Positions 42,001 through 57,878 are shown, counted from the first letter of the stretch. The stretch: 64,000 nucleotides of DNA from Octopus vulgaris (GCA_951406725.2 OX597825.1:64294001-64358000), one strand, 5' to 3'. Made by a program: numbers and translations. The notes: generated from the sequence alone by a model not told the origin.

Positions 42001-43239
42001 TCATTGACCTTCGACATTATGAACTACCATAAATTTTGCATTACGCCCCTATCTGGATAGTGTTTTGTGCCAAATCGATGTTTCCTTTCCTCGATCTTGG
42101 AACGAAGTCTTCACTACATCGTTTGAAAAATAACGTTAGTATTTATTTCAAGCCAAAAATGAATTACTGCTGTTATTTTTGTAGCTGTTTTTGTATTTGT
42201 AGTTGTTGTATGCTTCCGAGTCGACCCTGGCTGAACATGCAAACTTTTTATTAAGACTATTTAAATCTCTGGACAATAGATAAATATTAACACATCTGAA
42301 TTGCAAACACTACGTCTAATGACTGCATGTCAAGTCGAAGTATGCAATAATACTGAGCCAGGCTTAGATGTAATATTACTGGGATTAGTAGTCCAAGGTT
42401 GTCTCAAGTCAATGGTCTCAAAGATGCTGATCCTGTCGATGCTCATTGCATTGGCTAATATGATTCATTTTATTGCCGTCTATTCTTAACTCTCTACAGC
42501 GATGGCCAGGTATGTAAACCATTTCCGGCACTTACTATGTTACCTGGAAATCCTTCCCCGCCACAATTTTGCTAATACATACTCTATGTCAGACATGCGC
42601 TTGCGGTGACTAGACTTGGAATGGATACGGGATGATTTCCCGTTGCTTTCTCGCTGCAGATGAACTTTTACCTTGTATGTGGAACGCCGCAAGATATACC
42701 GTAAAGCATTTCTGAGCACGGACCAAAACTTTTGCCACCCTCCCACCCGTAGATCAACGTGATATAAAGTCTTTTCCTCAAGAGCAAAGAGCACAACGAG
42801 GGCTTTGTCCAGGAATCGAGCGCATTCTAGTAATAGTGAGTTCAACACTCTACCCTCTAGACTATACGCCTTCACATATCCTTAACAAGCATTATTTAAC
42901 AGCACATCATTAATATTGTGAATGTTTTGCTGCACGTTATATATTGTTCAACTCACTTCTTATACAAATTAGAGCTACGATATTATGACGCCATCTTCAT
43001 ACGTTTTTAATGATCTTAATCAGTTTAACATTTGTCCTTTTCAGAAATGAACCTTCACCATCAAATTTAGAATTAATTTAACTGATTCAAATCGATTTAA
43101 CAATGTTGGTAAGGATATTATTTATAGTCACAAAATATTACATCCAGTTGTTGACAAACTACAACGCTTATGTGAGATAAAGAATGGAATGTTGCTCTTA
43201 AATCTGGTACGATACTGCTGTTACACACACAACCATACA

Positions 43240-43560
43240 GGCCGCTTCTAGAGGGAGGCCACTTGACCGTCTGCCATAAAAATCATTCAGCCGTACTAAG
43301 ACATTTGCTGTTTCTATTGATATTCTAATAGTCTCCGTTTCCCGAAGTTGTTTTGTTTCTTCTTCAGTTGGGAACGCTTGACCAACTCATATCCACTCCC
43401 CATATCACTACCGATGAAGCGCAGTACACCTCCATGTACCCTACTAACCACTAATCCAGCCCATTCTTCCCAGTTGTCATTTCTCTGGAACGCTGGTATC
43501 TCCTCTCTAAACATGTTCTTCGCACAAGTATTGAATTAAAGTTGGTTATATGGAGTATTA
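43240..43560 (+). mobile_element. Possible old L2/CR1-like LINE 3' remnant
   Basis: Weak similarity to the SF(F)P...LWNxL C-terminal motif (HSSQLSFLWNA). Confidence 0.25.
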
Positions 43561-44593
43561 AAGAAATCAACCTCACCGGTAACGTGAGTCTTTACAGGTT
43601 AAATCTAGATCCTACCATACACCCACCCACCCATACACAGTTCAGACAAGCTAAGCCGAAAAGTAAAATATAGCACAATTAGGCTTTCTATTACGGTCTT
43701 ACATTGATATTCGCCGTGTGGGAATGAAAGAATTCTATTCTAAACAAATCATGTAATTCTTTTACGAGCAAACACTGATTTTTATTGTTGGATCTGTGGA
43801 CATTATACTTTGGTTTCGAATTAAACGTGTATAAGCGGACATATTGGTATCAAATTTTGATACAAGAGCAGTAATTATGCAAAGGTGGGGAGTCAATTAC
43901 ATCAACCCTATTAGTAGATTGGTGCCAAATTTATCGGCCCAGAAATAAGGATAACAAATTCGAACAAGGCGGCGTTTGGACTTGGAAAATAATTTTAGAA
44001 TATGATGCTGCAACTCTATTCTTCTTTTTTTTTTTTTTTTGGCGGTGTCATAACGATTCTGTCAGCTCGAAAATTTTACTGAGCAGACATATTGTCATGA
44101 ACTCTGCGTTCGTGACCAGTTTGCCGTTTACGAGATACCTAGGACAAAATAAAATATGTCCTTTCCTTTCTTTGGTTAAGTGAGCAGGGTTTTATGCAGT
44201 AGAGATTTCGTTACAATTGGTAAATGAAGGACTTTTGTTTTTTTTTTCTTTCATGTCGTCACAGTTTCGAACTCTTGAACTTCCATATTCAGTGTGTTAG
44301 TTCTTTATGAGCACAAAATAAAGAACGATCTGTGCTCCAAATGGTAATTTATAAAATGATATCTGATTCATTCACAGATACTTAGAATTAAAAAATAGTT
44401 TTATCTGATAGAGTCCATCAAGAATTCGAAAAGGAATTCCTCCGTTATCGAAGAAAAAGAAAAATACAAAAGAAAACATTAATACACAAAAATTACTATA
44501 AAACATTTTTTAAAAATCCGTATTGATATAAATGTATGTATGCGTGTATATATATGTGCTTGTGTGGGGGGTCGTGTATGTTTGTGATGGTGT

Positions 44594-44624
<31 letters not shown>

Positions 44625-44679
44625 ACTTTGCATACTCAAACACAAACACGCAAACATGTACGTACTTATATTCATATAT

Positions 44680-45049
44680 GGATGGAAGCACTCCGTCGGT
44701 TACGACGACGAGGGTTCCGGTTGATCCGATCAACGGAACAGCCTGCTCGTGAAATTAACGTGTAAGTGGCTGAGCACTCCACAGACATGTGTACCCTTAA
44801 CGTAGTTCTAGGGGATATTCAGCGTGACACAGAGTGACAAAGCCGGCCCTTTGAAATATAGGTACAACAGAAACAGGAAGTAAGAGTGAGAGAAAGTTGT
44901 GGTGAAAGAGTACAGCAGGGATCACCACCATCCCCTGCCGGAGCCTCGTGGAGCTTTTAGGTGTTTTCGCTCAATAAACACTCACAAAGCCCGGTCTGGG
45001 AATCGTAACCGCGAGTCCGCTGCCCTAACCACTGGGCCATTGCGCCTCC
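44680..45049 (-). mobile_element. tRNA-derived SINE (family B)
   Basis: Homologous to 12498-12885. Confidence 0.92.
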
Positions 45050-45169
45050 ACTATATTTATATAAGCAGATGTGTGTATGTGTGTGTGTATGTGTGTGTGT
45101 GTTAAACGAAATGAGACACCAAAGCCAAGGCTATGTGGTACTTTCAGGACATCTATAAAGGGAAAATTA

Positions 45170-45217
45170 GCCTTACAGCTGTTTCTGAGATATTAGGGTT
45201 TCTCGTTCATCAGAAAC
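45170..45217 (-). ncRNA. Minimal hammerhead ribozyme in a putative PLE pseudo-LTR next to (TG)n
   Basis: gttt-CTGATGA-acGAGA...TCTCa-GAAA-C-AGCT-GTA-aggc. Confidence 0.65.
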
Positions 45218-46184
45218 GATGTGAAATGTTTAAATAGAGGAAAATAGCAGGGTTCAGTATAAAGAATTAATTTGGAAAAGGATGGAAATAAGAAGTATAA
45301 AGGGAAATAAGAGAATAAAAGTAAAAATATAAATATATGCAAGATGTTTTAGTCGAAGCTCCATTACCCAAGGAAAATAATGTGTAGAAGTGGTAGAAAT
45401 GCTTCTTGTCCATGGCATATAAATTCCGATAGGAGTTCATATATTTTCATTACAAAAAGGAAAGTGTACAGCTGTAGATTCCATGTGCTGTTCATTCAAA
45501 GGGGTTTCGTTATGTGCTCCTCTCCTATTCACCGTTCCCTCTCTCTTTCTACTCCTCCTCCTCCCCGACTCTCTCGTCACTGACACGTGATCAGAGGGAA
45601 GCCATCTTTCCAACTGCTATTTTCACCGAGACCAGACCGCTTATCTTGTCTCTCTCATAAGCTGTCTCCTTAAGCGTTCAGAATAATTTCCCCATCGTCT
45701 TGGCTTAAAAGGCCTCATCGTTTGTTTTTAATGTGTTATTCTCTTTGTTCTGTCTTTTACTGTTTCTACTTTTATTGTTTTTACTCTCTTGTTTTGTTCT
45801 TAATGTCCTGTTCTTGTTACCACTTTTACCTCTCCACAAAAAATCCCAAATTTTATTTAATTTGCTTTGCGGGAAGAACTGTTTCAAAGACGTCGCGTCC
45901 TGTCCTTACCTTCGAAAACGCTGAGTAGATGAAACAGGGACAACTGAAGAAGGGGAATATTCCTTGTGTTGTATGCCTTGTACTCTGTTTTTTGTTGTTT
46001 GAAAAAATGTTCGTTTCCATGGTTTTGCTTTTATGTTTTCGTTTCTCATTGTGTTCCCATATATGCATGTATATATACATATAGATGTAGGTATGTATAT
46101 ATATGTATGTATATATGCATGTATTTTTGATATTATTTATATTATTAAATGATCGATCGCCACGCATCCTTTTCCAAGTAAGTT

Positions 46185-46370
<186 letters not shown>

Positions 46371-46744
46371 AGATACACACACACACAGAGATATAAGTAT
46401 ATACATAACTGCATGCTTACATAGATAGCATAGTTATCTAGATACATATAGATACACACACATCCATGTTTACATATATAATTATACATACCCCAGTGTG
46501 TGTATCTGTGTTCATGCATACAAATGATGAGGTTTGATATGAAGGGTGAGAATATATTTCTGTGTGCTTTTATTGACATAGAATGTCATATATCGAAATA
46601 ATTAACAACATATTTTCCATAATTGCAGAACTCCCACCGGGGAGAGACAATTATACACGAGTAGCATTTAACCTTTATGTTACATTATAATTTATTTGTG
46701 CATTCATATACATATTCATATACACACACATGCATACACACACA

Positions 46745-46853
<109 letters not shown>

Positions 46854-49800
46854 ATACACTTATCTACGTGTCCTCTTAGAGGGATCATTAGTGCTGTACA
46901 CAAGTTTTATTCAGAAAACTGAATAACACTAGCTGATATGTTTTAAAATCAATATATTTTATGCTACGTCCCTATGTGTGCTGCTTTTCCAATTACTGGG
47001 AATAATACAATATTCTTATATCCATTTTCAAGATTTCCGGAGGTCATCTAATGCAAGATACTGACTTTAATTAGGTTTTTATTTTCTTTTATACATTCGT
47101 TTTTAATCCTGTTTCAGGTTGCAGAGGAAGGTTTATGGCAATAAAGACTCATATCTTCTGAAAAAATATACACAATTCAGACAATGTATATTTCAAACTA
47201 TATCGTTCATCCATTAATCCAATTTTTCTACCCATTATTCCTAGGAGAATGGCAGCATAGTGTCCTCAGAGACCTTTTCTATGGGCTCCTATCAGAAGCA
47301 ATCATCATTACAATTTTTGCCTGAAATTGCAAGCGTGACCAACTAATATATTATCTATCCTCATCATTCTTGGCTCATTTTCCTAATGGCTGGCTCAGCT
47401 TAAAGAGACTGATCTCGCTATTCTTTCTTGTGACTTTCTGACCTCATATCTGTAGTATCAGAGCTGTGACCTGTGAATGTGGAGATGTAGCGAGTCGACC
47501 CGTATAAATGCCTTGATTGTCGAGCTTAACACCTCCTGACAATGCTCTCTCAATTTCTCGGAAAACTACCGTAAAGTGAATATCGGGCCAGTTGTGCTCA
47601 ATCCGGGACAGAAATTACACTTTTCTTCAGCTAGTTACCCACATTCTTTTTGCAGAAATCCTCCTTAGACTTCACTGGGCGGTTCAACTAGATATTCCCC
47701 TATCATTAGATAATTCTCTCTTGTATTTCTTTCTAAAGTTATATCACGTGTTACGAGATTTTTTTCAAAGATTTGTGCTTTTCAAACTTAAACTGAGCAT
47801 TTCTCACATGCTATAGTATTTCGAACATATATTATCTACCATGTTTACTTCATAATCAACCCAGTCTAAGATCGCGGATTAATCTAGCATTTTATGATGT
47901 TTATGGGAACGGATAATGTTGTTTTAATGATGTTGTTTTAACGATATTGACCGTTACTGACACTGTTAAAATGTTTCGGATTTCATTGTCTCCTTAGTGG
48001 CTTACACAAAATATTGCGATAAAGATTAAATATTTTCAGATTTGCATTAATAACATTATCACTGACATATAATCATTCACATGCTTGCTATTTATTAGGA
48101 AACTGCATCGAAGTGTACCGCATACATGACAATAATATTATAAAACCAAGAATATTTTAAACTCTTTCGAACATATTTATTATGCACGTTTCGTGGAATT
48201 ACATGACACTTTGTTACGAAAGTAAAATTCTGGCCACCTGATTTTAAGCTTATTACATCGTTTCAATCAAATTATATGCAATAGATTGAAATACAACGTA
48301 ATATGCTGAATTTCATTATATTATGTTATATTTGAAATTTATAATGCTGAAACTTTAAACAATTTTACATTTCTTAACGCATTTCAATATACGCTAGGCG
48401 CTCATTAAAAATGTACAAACATAAAACATGTGTCACTATTTCTCCTCTAAATATTATATTAATTTCTACGAATCCATGCAAATGGCAACCCGTGTATACT
48501 TTGTTCGTCATGTTTGAATTTAATAACATTAATAAGACACATTCTCACAGAATGCTCACAAACCAACAAACATGATTTTCATACATTTATGACACCACCT
48601 CAAGAACTACTAAATACCTACTCACCAACATTTTAATATCCCTTCCTAAATATCATTGTTTTTCATTGCTATCTCTATCTTTCTCTGCATAGAGGTTGCT
48701 GTAGCTACATTATTTGTAGTCAGTCATCGCGACTACGATTGTTCATGGCTCCAGCATGACGTATAACTATACGAATCTATTTAACTGGATGATTTTGAAC
48801 ACGTGCCTCAATTTCTGTCTCAGCGTATGTATGCACACATACATATGTGTATGAGTGTGCTAGTGTTTAGTGAAGTGATTAAAGAAATTAACCACGTGCT
48901 GAAAATAGTAAAACGAAAAAGGAAAATTCAATGAAATATTTATATTGAAAAATAGGCTTATGAAGTAAGATATTTACAACGTCGAATAGTATCGTTATTC
49001 GGTATTTTATTTATTTATTTTATTCATTTATTATTATTTTATTTTATTATTTGTTTTTTTTTGCTTATCACGACTGAACTCTTACTACATTTTTTACTTG
49101 TAATCATTCGATGTTGATGTGTGATGAGATATGGTGCAAAAAATACTCTATGTATGTTTGCATCTATATATTATATGTGTGTGTATGCTTGCGCATAAAT
49201 ATATATATATATATGTGTATGAGGTTATATGTATGTATATGTATATAGATTTGTGTGTGTGTGTATCTGCGTGTGTGCATATGCTGGCTGTCTATTTGTA
49301 TCTGATTCATACCATTTTTTTCTTCATATTTTGACTTCGAAAATGACCAAGGACATACTATCCGTTTTAAATTGTAACAGGCGATGGTGCATTCGAGCAT
49401 GCGACTAAATTTTCGCGACTGCTCGCACTATTTGAAACATTTCACATGATAAAATACGCAGAAATAACGGTGTTTCATTGTTGCAGAAACTCAGCTGATG
49501 CAAGGGTAAATTCACATGATTCTTTTTGGATTGAATTATTTTTGATCCTGAGATGCGCTCTATTTGGTAAACAGAAAAGCAATTTATTTCGATTTGCCGA
49601 AGTGGAACTGAAGGAAATAGGATCAGGATCAGTTTGGTTGCTCAGAACACTACCTAAATAACATTCGTAGCGATAAAAGTATTTGTAGTGAATGTGGTGT
49701 GTACTGAACTAACACCAAATCATTGTCTGGATGACAAAGTGTACAAATTTATCGATAAAGCTGAAAGTTAGAACCTTTCATATCAAACCGTGTATATACA

Positions 49801-50466
49801 GATTTAAACAGATTTAATTTACCAGTAATACTACTGTCTCAAAGGTAGGAAGAAGAATGGAGGCACTTCTACACCGAAGTCAAATGGCGATTGGTCATCG
49901 GCTAAAAAAATGTAGAAACTGTGGCTTTGCGTTGACTTGACCAATGCTTTATCATATGGATTATGCAGATTTGAGGTGTATGCTGATAAACCGAGATATA
50001 TTTATGTCTTTATTCCTAGATGCTCACAAAATGGTTGAAAGCTATGTGTAAAGTTACGAATAGTATTTATAACAACTGTTTCTTCCATAGCAGCGTAGCC
50101 TTATTTTGAAATTAAACTAGTACTCAGAGATCCTTGTCTAAACTGGCGCTAAATAATTATCAGTAAACAATACATTTAACAAGTATCATAATTTGAAGGT
50201 AATTGACCTGAACATTGGTAATTGCAATAAAAAATACCAACGAGATCAAAAGCAAAATTACTCTGAAAACATTTTGAAATTAACAAATAAACACATAAAG
50301 ATAATTAACGGAAAGGCATTTGTTAATGAGCAATTTTTCTCCTTTATTTTCTGAATTCCTAATATGCATTCGCACGCGTTCGTATTCACAACACTTATGA
50401 ACAGACACTCAGTACAAACATACCTAAATGTACTTATATGAATGAATATACACACTCACGGAAAAC

Positions 50467-50501
<35 letters not shown>

Positions 50502-50508
<7 letters not shown>

Positions 50509-50621
50509 TATAAGTTTATGAACGAATGGAGTTGAACGACTTGTTAACAAATTTCCTTTATTTTCGACATATGTTTCGAAGGCTGCATATTCCTAATTCT
50601 TTCATAAACTTATATTTTTAA
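50502..50621 (-). repeat. Short fold-back PLE end with half a hammerhead
   Basis: 21-bp perfect arms 50502-50522 / 50601-50621 next to (TA)n; minus-strand GAAAC-ATAT-GTC then AATAAA at ~50556-50577. Confidence 0.7.
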
Positions 50622-50906
50622 AATAAACATACAAATTTCCGCACGAAAGCACGTAGTCTATGCCCTAGGGACGTAACTTCAACCGTGTTCTTTCTGATGT
50701 GAATTTGCTACCCAGGTATCGGTTATCTTTCGAATTATCCTTAATAATAATTCATTCAACTATCAAATATATCAGCCGTTTTTTCTCTAACTCCGGGATC
50801 TCATGTTTCCGAAAGAGCTCCGCTCGATATATCCCTGCTTCCATTTCCTGATATAATAATAATACTAATTGTTCCCTTGTTGTTGTTTTTTGTTTCCCGT
50901 TTGGAT

Positions 50907-50949
<43 letters not shown>

Positions 50950-50950
<1 letters not shown>

Positions 50951-51192
50951 GCGCCCTTTTAAAGCCTAGCCAGGCTCATGGGCCCGATTTCCCGGCTTCT
51001 ATGGCGTATGTATTCCCCAGCTGGACAAGACACTAGTCCATCGTAGCGTTACTTATTTTTGCCAGCTGAGTGGACTGGAGCAACGTGAAATGAAGTGTTT
51101 TGCTCAAGAATACAACGCGTCGCCTGGTTCAATAATCGAAACCACGATCTTACGATCATGATGCTGACACCCTAACCACTAAGCTACGCGCC
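50950..51192 (-). mobile_element. tRNA-derived SINE related to family C
   Basis: Reverse complement has the tRNA head and cttgagcaaaacacttcatttcac...tccagtccactcagctgg. Confidence 0.8.
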
Positions 51193-51398
51193 TTCACGTT
51201 CGTGTGTGTGTGTGTATGTGTGTGTGTGAGTATTGTACATTTGCGCCTACACAAGACAGTGACGCAATTAAAGAGAACTGTCCAATTAATATATAGTCAT
51301 TAATTGCAATTATAAATTTTCTAGTCAGGTTCAAGTTACAGTAACTAGCAGTGATGTAAATGTTTGAGCGGCAATAATACACCCTAGATTTAATAAAT

Positions 51399-51444
<46 letters not shown>

Positions 51445-53414
51445 CTGTATATATATATCTGTAGCTATCACCATTTGCATGACGTTGCGTGAAAAAGTGA
51501 AATTTTCATGTCAGTCTTGCGAGTATTTCACCAGTTTCGCTACGTGAAATTTAAGCGAATTCTTGCACTTACATTTCGGATTGAAATGGAGAAATATCAT
51601 AACAGCATGTAAAAATAAAAACAAAAAATGAAACTTAATATAACTTTTGGTACCTCTGTTACGATGTAATTTAAAAGAAATGCATTAGGCATGTTCTAAA
51701 ATAGTTTTTTTTTGTAAGTTCATGCAACCATTTGACGCGGTCACACAAACACCCTTCGGATCTGGTGTCTTCATTAAGATATTTAAATCAAGGGACTAGT
51801 GATGAACACCCCCTCTCCCAGCCAACTCCATAGAACCATCTCTCTCTTATCTGACGGGGAATTTGCAGTAATTCACAGTTATTTCCACATACATAGTCAC
51901 GCATCTTTTGTAAAGGTTTTCAAGAATTTTCTTCGACTTTGATACTTTCTATTTCCGGAATTGTTCCAACCACGAGTGCTGCTCTTATCACCAGTATTAA
52001 CCAGTATTGATTTCTTGTTTCTGTTGCTGTCGCCTCTTTTAGTTTCTTCCTACTTTTACATTTTTTTTTTTTTTTTTTTGCTGTGTACAACTGTTATTCC
52101 TCTAGATAGTGTTATAGGTGTTATTCTGTATTATTATTCTTGTTTATTGTTGTTTCCGCTCTTTTTAATACCGATGCTGATTATGAAGCAGAGGAGGTTA
52201 ACTTCCTTTTTTTTAAAAAAAAAAAAAAGAAAAAAGGAAACACATCTAAATACATTTAGATTCATGCTTGGATAAGTTGAATTCATTTTATAACAGAATG
52301 CGACTTCTGTCTAAAGAAAATTTTCACTTGTACAGTGGAAGGAATATCTAAGTAGAGTATTGCCGAAAACATTCAAGTTTTCTTCCAGAAGTAGAAATTT
52401 AAAATAAAAAGACAAAACTTATCAAGTAACTATTCAGGCTTAATTTTATTTTGAAAATGTTATTTCCTACCAAGATCAGCTGACATACTCTTCGTCATTT
52501 AGATATTATAATTCTTCATATAACTTCGTGGACCTACTCGGTTCAATGGCTCAATGCTCATTTCTTCTTTTATAGTTAATCATATTAAGTAGCTGAGGTC
52601 AGAAAAATATGCTTTGTCTGGTGTATGACTTCAGTCTGTATGGATATCTTTTTAGTTGAATAACACTGAATGCATGTTAGGCAACGAACGAATCCCAAGA
52701 AAATTTTACCATCTAGCATATTCTCAATATCATTTCTCAATGTAAGGGTATATATATACAGGAATATTGGGGTAAACATTTACACCACTGACTCATAGTA
52801 ACATGAACACTCGATCGCATGTCTGAATAAGCGGTGCACTAATAACTTGGTAATCAATACGCTTCCTGTTTGACGTTTATAAAGACAATTATGTGAACTA
52901 GGGTGTAAACTTGGCTGCCTGGAGTGGACCTAACAATATTTTTGATCGTTAAAATTACAAAAATATTGTTTATAAACTAGCATAAGTTAGATAAGTTTGC
53001 TGTTAACAAGAGAAGTGCAATGCATCATTGAAGGCCAGGTTTCTTAACTTGAAACATCTTGTATTAACAGTATTCTCTCCCAGCTAATTTTTAAACGTTT
53101 TGTAGGTCCATTCTAAGCGGAGCATGAGGATACGCGTGGACTGAAAAGGTCGCTGAAAAGGTCACAGATGTATGGCGAAGGACTTCAGGACAATTGACAT
53201 AAGATAAGATAAAATGAGAACAGTAATAAGATCAGTAAGGAACGACTGAAGGATGAATGTATAGGGCATGTTAATTTGGCAAAAGGCAAAAATGATAATC
53301 TCGAAATGTAACAAAATCTGTTTCAACACATGATTTCACATCAGGAAACTTGCAACAGAAATTCATAAACGTATATGTGTGAGTGCGTGAGAGAGAGAGA
53401 GAGAAAGAGAGAGA

Positions 53415-53475
<61 letters not shown>

Positions 53476-55276
53476 CAATAACACAGATGGGTTGAGGTCC
53501 ACTACAGCTGTTTCAGGCGTGATTTTTATTGCTGAACAAAAGCGTAACATCATGCAAAAAAAATACAGGTTTTCTTCGGGTCAATAAAGAGAAAATATAG
53601 CAGTTTGCATTCTTCACAAAAGACAAAATAGTGTAAAATGACACCATCAACCAGGTTATGGATTAAAGAGTGAACAATGGATTTTATTACAACTTTTTAA
53701 AAAACATGGTGGTATATTAATAAACTCGTTCGGGAGACCAGAATAAAGGGAAAATGTAGAGGGAGAAGTAGCATGTGCGCTATTCCCTATGTGTTTTTAA
53801 TATATAAATACCTAATCTATAGATAGATAAATAGATAGAGAGAGAGAGAGAGAGAGAGAGGGAGTGAGTGTGAGAAGGGGAGAGAGAGAAAGAGAGAGAC
53901 AATTATTAATAATAAAGAGTATGGAAACTTGTACATCCACAAAATTTATTTTATGAAATATTTTATAAAATATTTATTTTATAATTCTATACAGCATTTT
54001 ACAATAAACTAGGTGCATTGTACATGTCTCCATATTCTTTATTATTCATTATCCTAGACAATCAAAGCAATTTTTACCGTCCTGGGAAGAGTTCACGGAA
54101 TTACCCATCGGAAAAACTCGCGGAGCGACTAGTAACAGGCATTAGATAACGATCGAAGTGGTTAGCCGTTAGCGGGAATTTAACCTAGAGCTAATGTGGT
54201 GTTCGCCCTTATAATATATACTTCCAAACTCATATTTATATGTATGTGTGTGTACGTGTTTCTGTGTGTGCGTGTGTGTGTATGTATGTATGAAGATGAT
54301 GATGATGATGATTATGATGAGAGAGAGAGAGAGAGAGACAGTGAGAGAATGAGGTTGTGCCTATAGAATATTTTCATTGCACGAAGCTATTATAATGTAA
54401 TCTCGTGTCGTTTCCGTTTATCTTATTCTAAATTCATTTTGCGTATCATTGTAAATGTTTGTTGATTTCTGCAACTTCTTCAATTATATTCCGTTTTTCT
54501 TAAAACTCCTTAATGATTCAATTATAAATACCCTCCTACACATACATCTGAGTAAAAGAAATATTATTTATCTGATAAAGAAGATATTTGATACTATTGG
54601 TTTTAGATTTTATATTCTTTTACCATACCCCATTTAACTTGGCATGTTTATCTAACCCAAATTCCGACTTATATATTCAGATTAATTATTTTTATATAAA
54701 TGTGAAATAATTCTGACCTATTTAAATGAAAGTATATTGAAGACGCCCACTTAGCATTATTTTTCATTATTGCATACAAACCAATGTAGCAAATTACTTA
54801 TTCATTTGGTTATTTAGATACCTCTTTGTATTTTATGTCAGCCCATCTTTCACATGGGAGCCTCTGTAGAGTTGCAGGCCACAAAATAGAGCTGTTGAAG
54901 CTTCAATATAAGATCGAAACGTTGAAGTAAAGAATATAGAAGAGTGCTATATCCAGTCGTTTGGTAGACGACCTGCATGTCATAAAGCGGCTGATCTAGA
55001 GTCGATATTATGCTAAAAAAAAACTATGCAAATCAGTCACACAATCGCATCTAATCACACGTGCAGAGACAGACACACATATACTCATATACACGCACAT
55101 CGACGCCTGTACACGAGTATCTTCATATGTGTATGATTGGAAGTTTATCAATTATATTAATATATATACATATGTGTTTACATAGACACATACACGTGCC
55201 AACCCAAAGAACTCTCTTGTCTTGGGTCACACAGTTACTTCTGCTAAATACTAATATGTATGTGTGAGCGCGCATG

Positions 55277-55325
<49 letters not shown>

Positions 55326-56825
55326 ATATGTATATATGTATATATATATGGTTGAAAAGTAACACATGATTTGATATATATGAGGAAAATAAGACATGAG
55401 AGAAAATTCTGAAATAAACTTATCATGAAGAACATCTCAGCACTGGTTTCTGTTTTTGCGATAAAAAGAGAAACCGAGAAAAGGAAAATGTCCACCTATT
55501 TGAAAACTATGGGAATATTTTTTGAAAAAATAATTCCATTCAATTTTTCCACAATTTAATTGTTTTTCATGCTTTACTCTAAGTTAGTAAAGATTCAAAT
55601 AAAGTAGCCCTGAAAAGGGTTTTAATGTGTTCACACTGTATATAGAATTTAGGAGGAAATACCAATGAGTTTGTATCCAAAAATTGTGAAGCATGTTACG
55701 TGATAGCAGGCTAATCGGATATGAGAGATAATATCAATTCAAAGTAAATAAGTCTGAAAAGGGCTTTTGTGTGTTCCCATTAATATAACCCTTAGTGGCG
55801 CTAATGTTGAAACAGATTTACAATGAATGAAACTGGTACTGAAATGTTCTTCTTGATAAAATAATTTTAACTTTTTTCTCTAGTCCTATATTCCATAAAC
55901 TATATATATATATATATATATATAAAACCAGCTTAGAGAAGAAGAAACGAAACCAAACCAAACGAATCGACGCGAAGGCGCTCAGTCATACAATAGTGTA
56001 ATAAATAAAATATATGCATACATACAAACATATATGTACGTACCTACATCTACATGTATATATACGTGCATATATAAATATATATACGTGTGTACAGAAC
56101 ATCAAAAATAGTCGTAGAACTCAACGAGAAACGATAACGTAAAAACAGCATGGAACGGACCATTCCTTTAACAACGAAAACACAGAGTACAAGACAACTA
56201 CACAAGGAAAAATCCCCTTCATCAGCCGTCCCTAGTTCAACTCCAGCGTGTTTGTTTGTGTGTGTGTGTGTGTGTATAAAATAGCCACTTAAACTGCGAC
56301 TAAGACAAAAGCAGTTTTCTAACTACTTAGCAATAAATAATTATAAATAGTTCATCATTGAATGCGCAGGTATGTATTACAGAAATGGAACGAACAGTAA
56401 ACATTAGTGCTATCGATTTAGTGCCAGGAATTAAAAATTCAAAAGTAATTACAGAGTTATTAGAGTAAATAATGGATTAAAAATTATGTATTTCTTGCAG
56501 CTGTTCCCAGAATAGTTGTGCATGTCGTATACATAAACCTTTTCATTTCTAACAACTCTGCAATTGTGTTTAAATTATAAATTATAAATTTCATGATCGA
56601 AAGTGCTACTATGTTCATTCTCACCAAATATGTATCTACTTACATTTACATAAATATGTGCTCAGATACAAATATTTATGTATATATTCACCGAGAGAAA
56701 ATCCGAGTGTTTCGTAGCTGCATCATTGTGAATGCTTGTTGTTTATATATTTTAAATATTTAATTCAGAGAGCGCTTACAATGGCTTCTTGGGACAAGAT
56801 AATCTCTCTCTCTTTCTCTCTCTCG

Positions 56826-56884
<59 letters not shown>

Positions 56885-57214
56885 TATTTCTTTACTACCC
56901 ACAATGGGCTAAACACATAGAGGACACACAAGGACAGACAAACGAAATAAGTTGATTATATCGACCCCAGTGCGTAATTGGTACTTATTTAATCGATCCA
57001 GAAAGGATGAAAAGCAAAGTCGACCTCGGCGGAATTTGAACTCAGAACGTAGCGGCAGACGAATAACCTCTAGCATTTCGCCCGGCGTGCTAACGATACT
57101 GCCAACTCGCCGCCGAGGGTATAGTAGAAGACACTTGCCCAAGGTATCCAGCAGTCGGAATGAACCAGGAACCATGTGGTTGGTAAGCAAGGAACTTCCC
57201 ACACAGCCACTCCT
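56885..57214 (-). mobile_element. SINE family D (56885-57113) abutting a family A head (57115-57214)
   Basis: Homology switches between families at ~57114. Confidence 0.85.
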
Positions 57215-57477
57215 ATTAATGTTATAGATGCAGGGCCCAATATTGCTCACATGACCTTTCGTTATCTGTATGATTTTGCTTCTGCGTTTATGTGCTATAC
57301 AACTCCCAACGTTTTGATAAACGCCATAAGAATACTTTTCGTCTGTTTATCTCTTTATTGAAATAAAGGCTTGCAATTCGATTGAATTGTTTCTATTTGA
57401 ACTGTAAACAGACGTTACATCACAAAACTTACAATTCGATACACTGTTTACATTGTGTATATTGCCTGTATACATGT

Positions 57478-57563
<86 letters not shown>

Positions 57564-57566
<3 letters not shown>

Positions 57567-57750
57567 TTGTATACTGTCAATCTAACAAGAACGTGACAGT
57601 AGGGGGTACACCACCGCTGTATAGCCCTAGGACTATACAGCGGTGGTGTACCCCCTACTGTCACGTTCTTGTTAGATTAACAGTATACAACCATTCTATC
57701 GCCCCACCACCGTACATGTCTCTACGAGAGATTTAGAAATTCAATATTTC
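57564..57750. repeat. Fold-back element between (TA)n tracts
   Basis: 61-bp arms 57564-57624 / 57633-57693 with one mismatch, plus a ~57-bp right extension. Confidence 0.92.
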
Positions 57751-57878
57751 TTATATATATATTTATATATATATAATAAGCATATGTTTCATTTATTTAG
57801 TTCGTTTTCAAACAAAAAGTAATTTTTAATATATTATTCTCTGTCACATGGCCGACATTTTAAATACTTTTCAGATAA

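Noticed and set aside
41651-42600. 17-bp direct repeat ctatgtcagacatgcgc
   Set aside because: Too short, and no element is recognisable between the copies.
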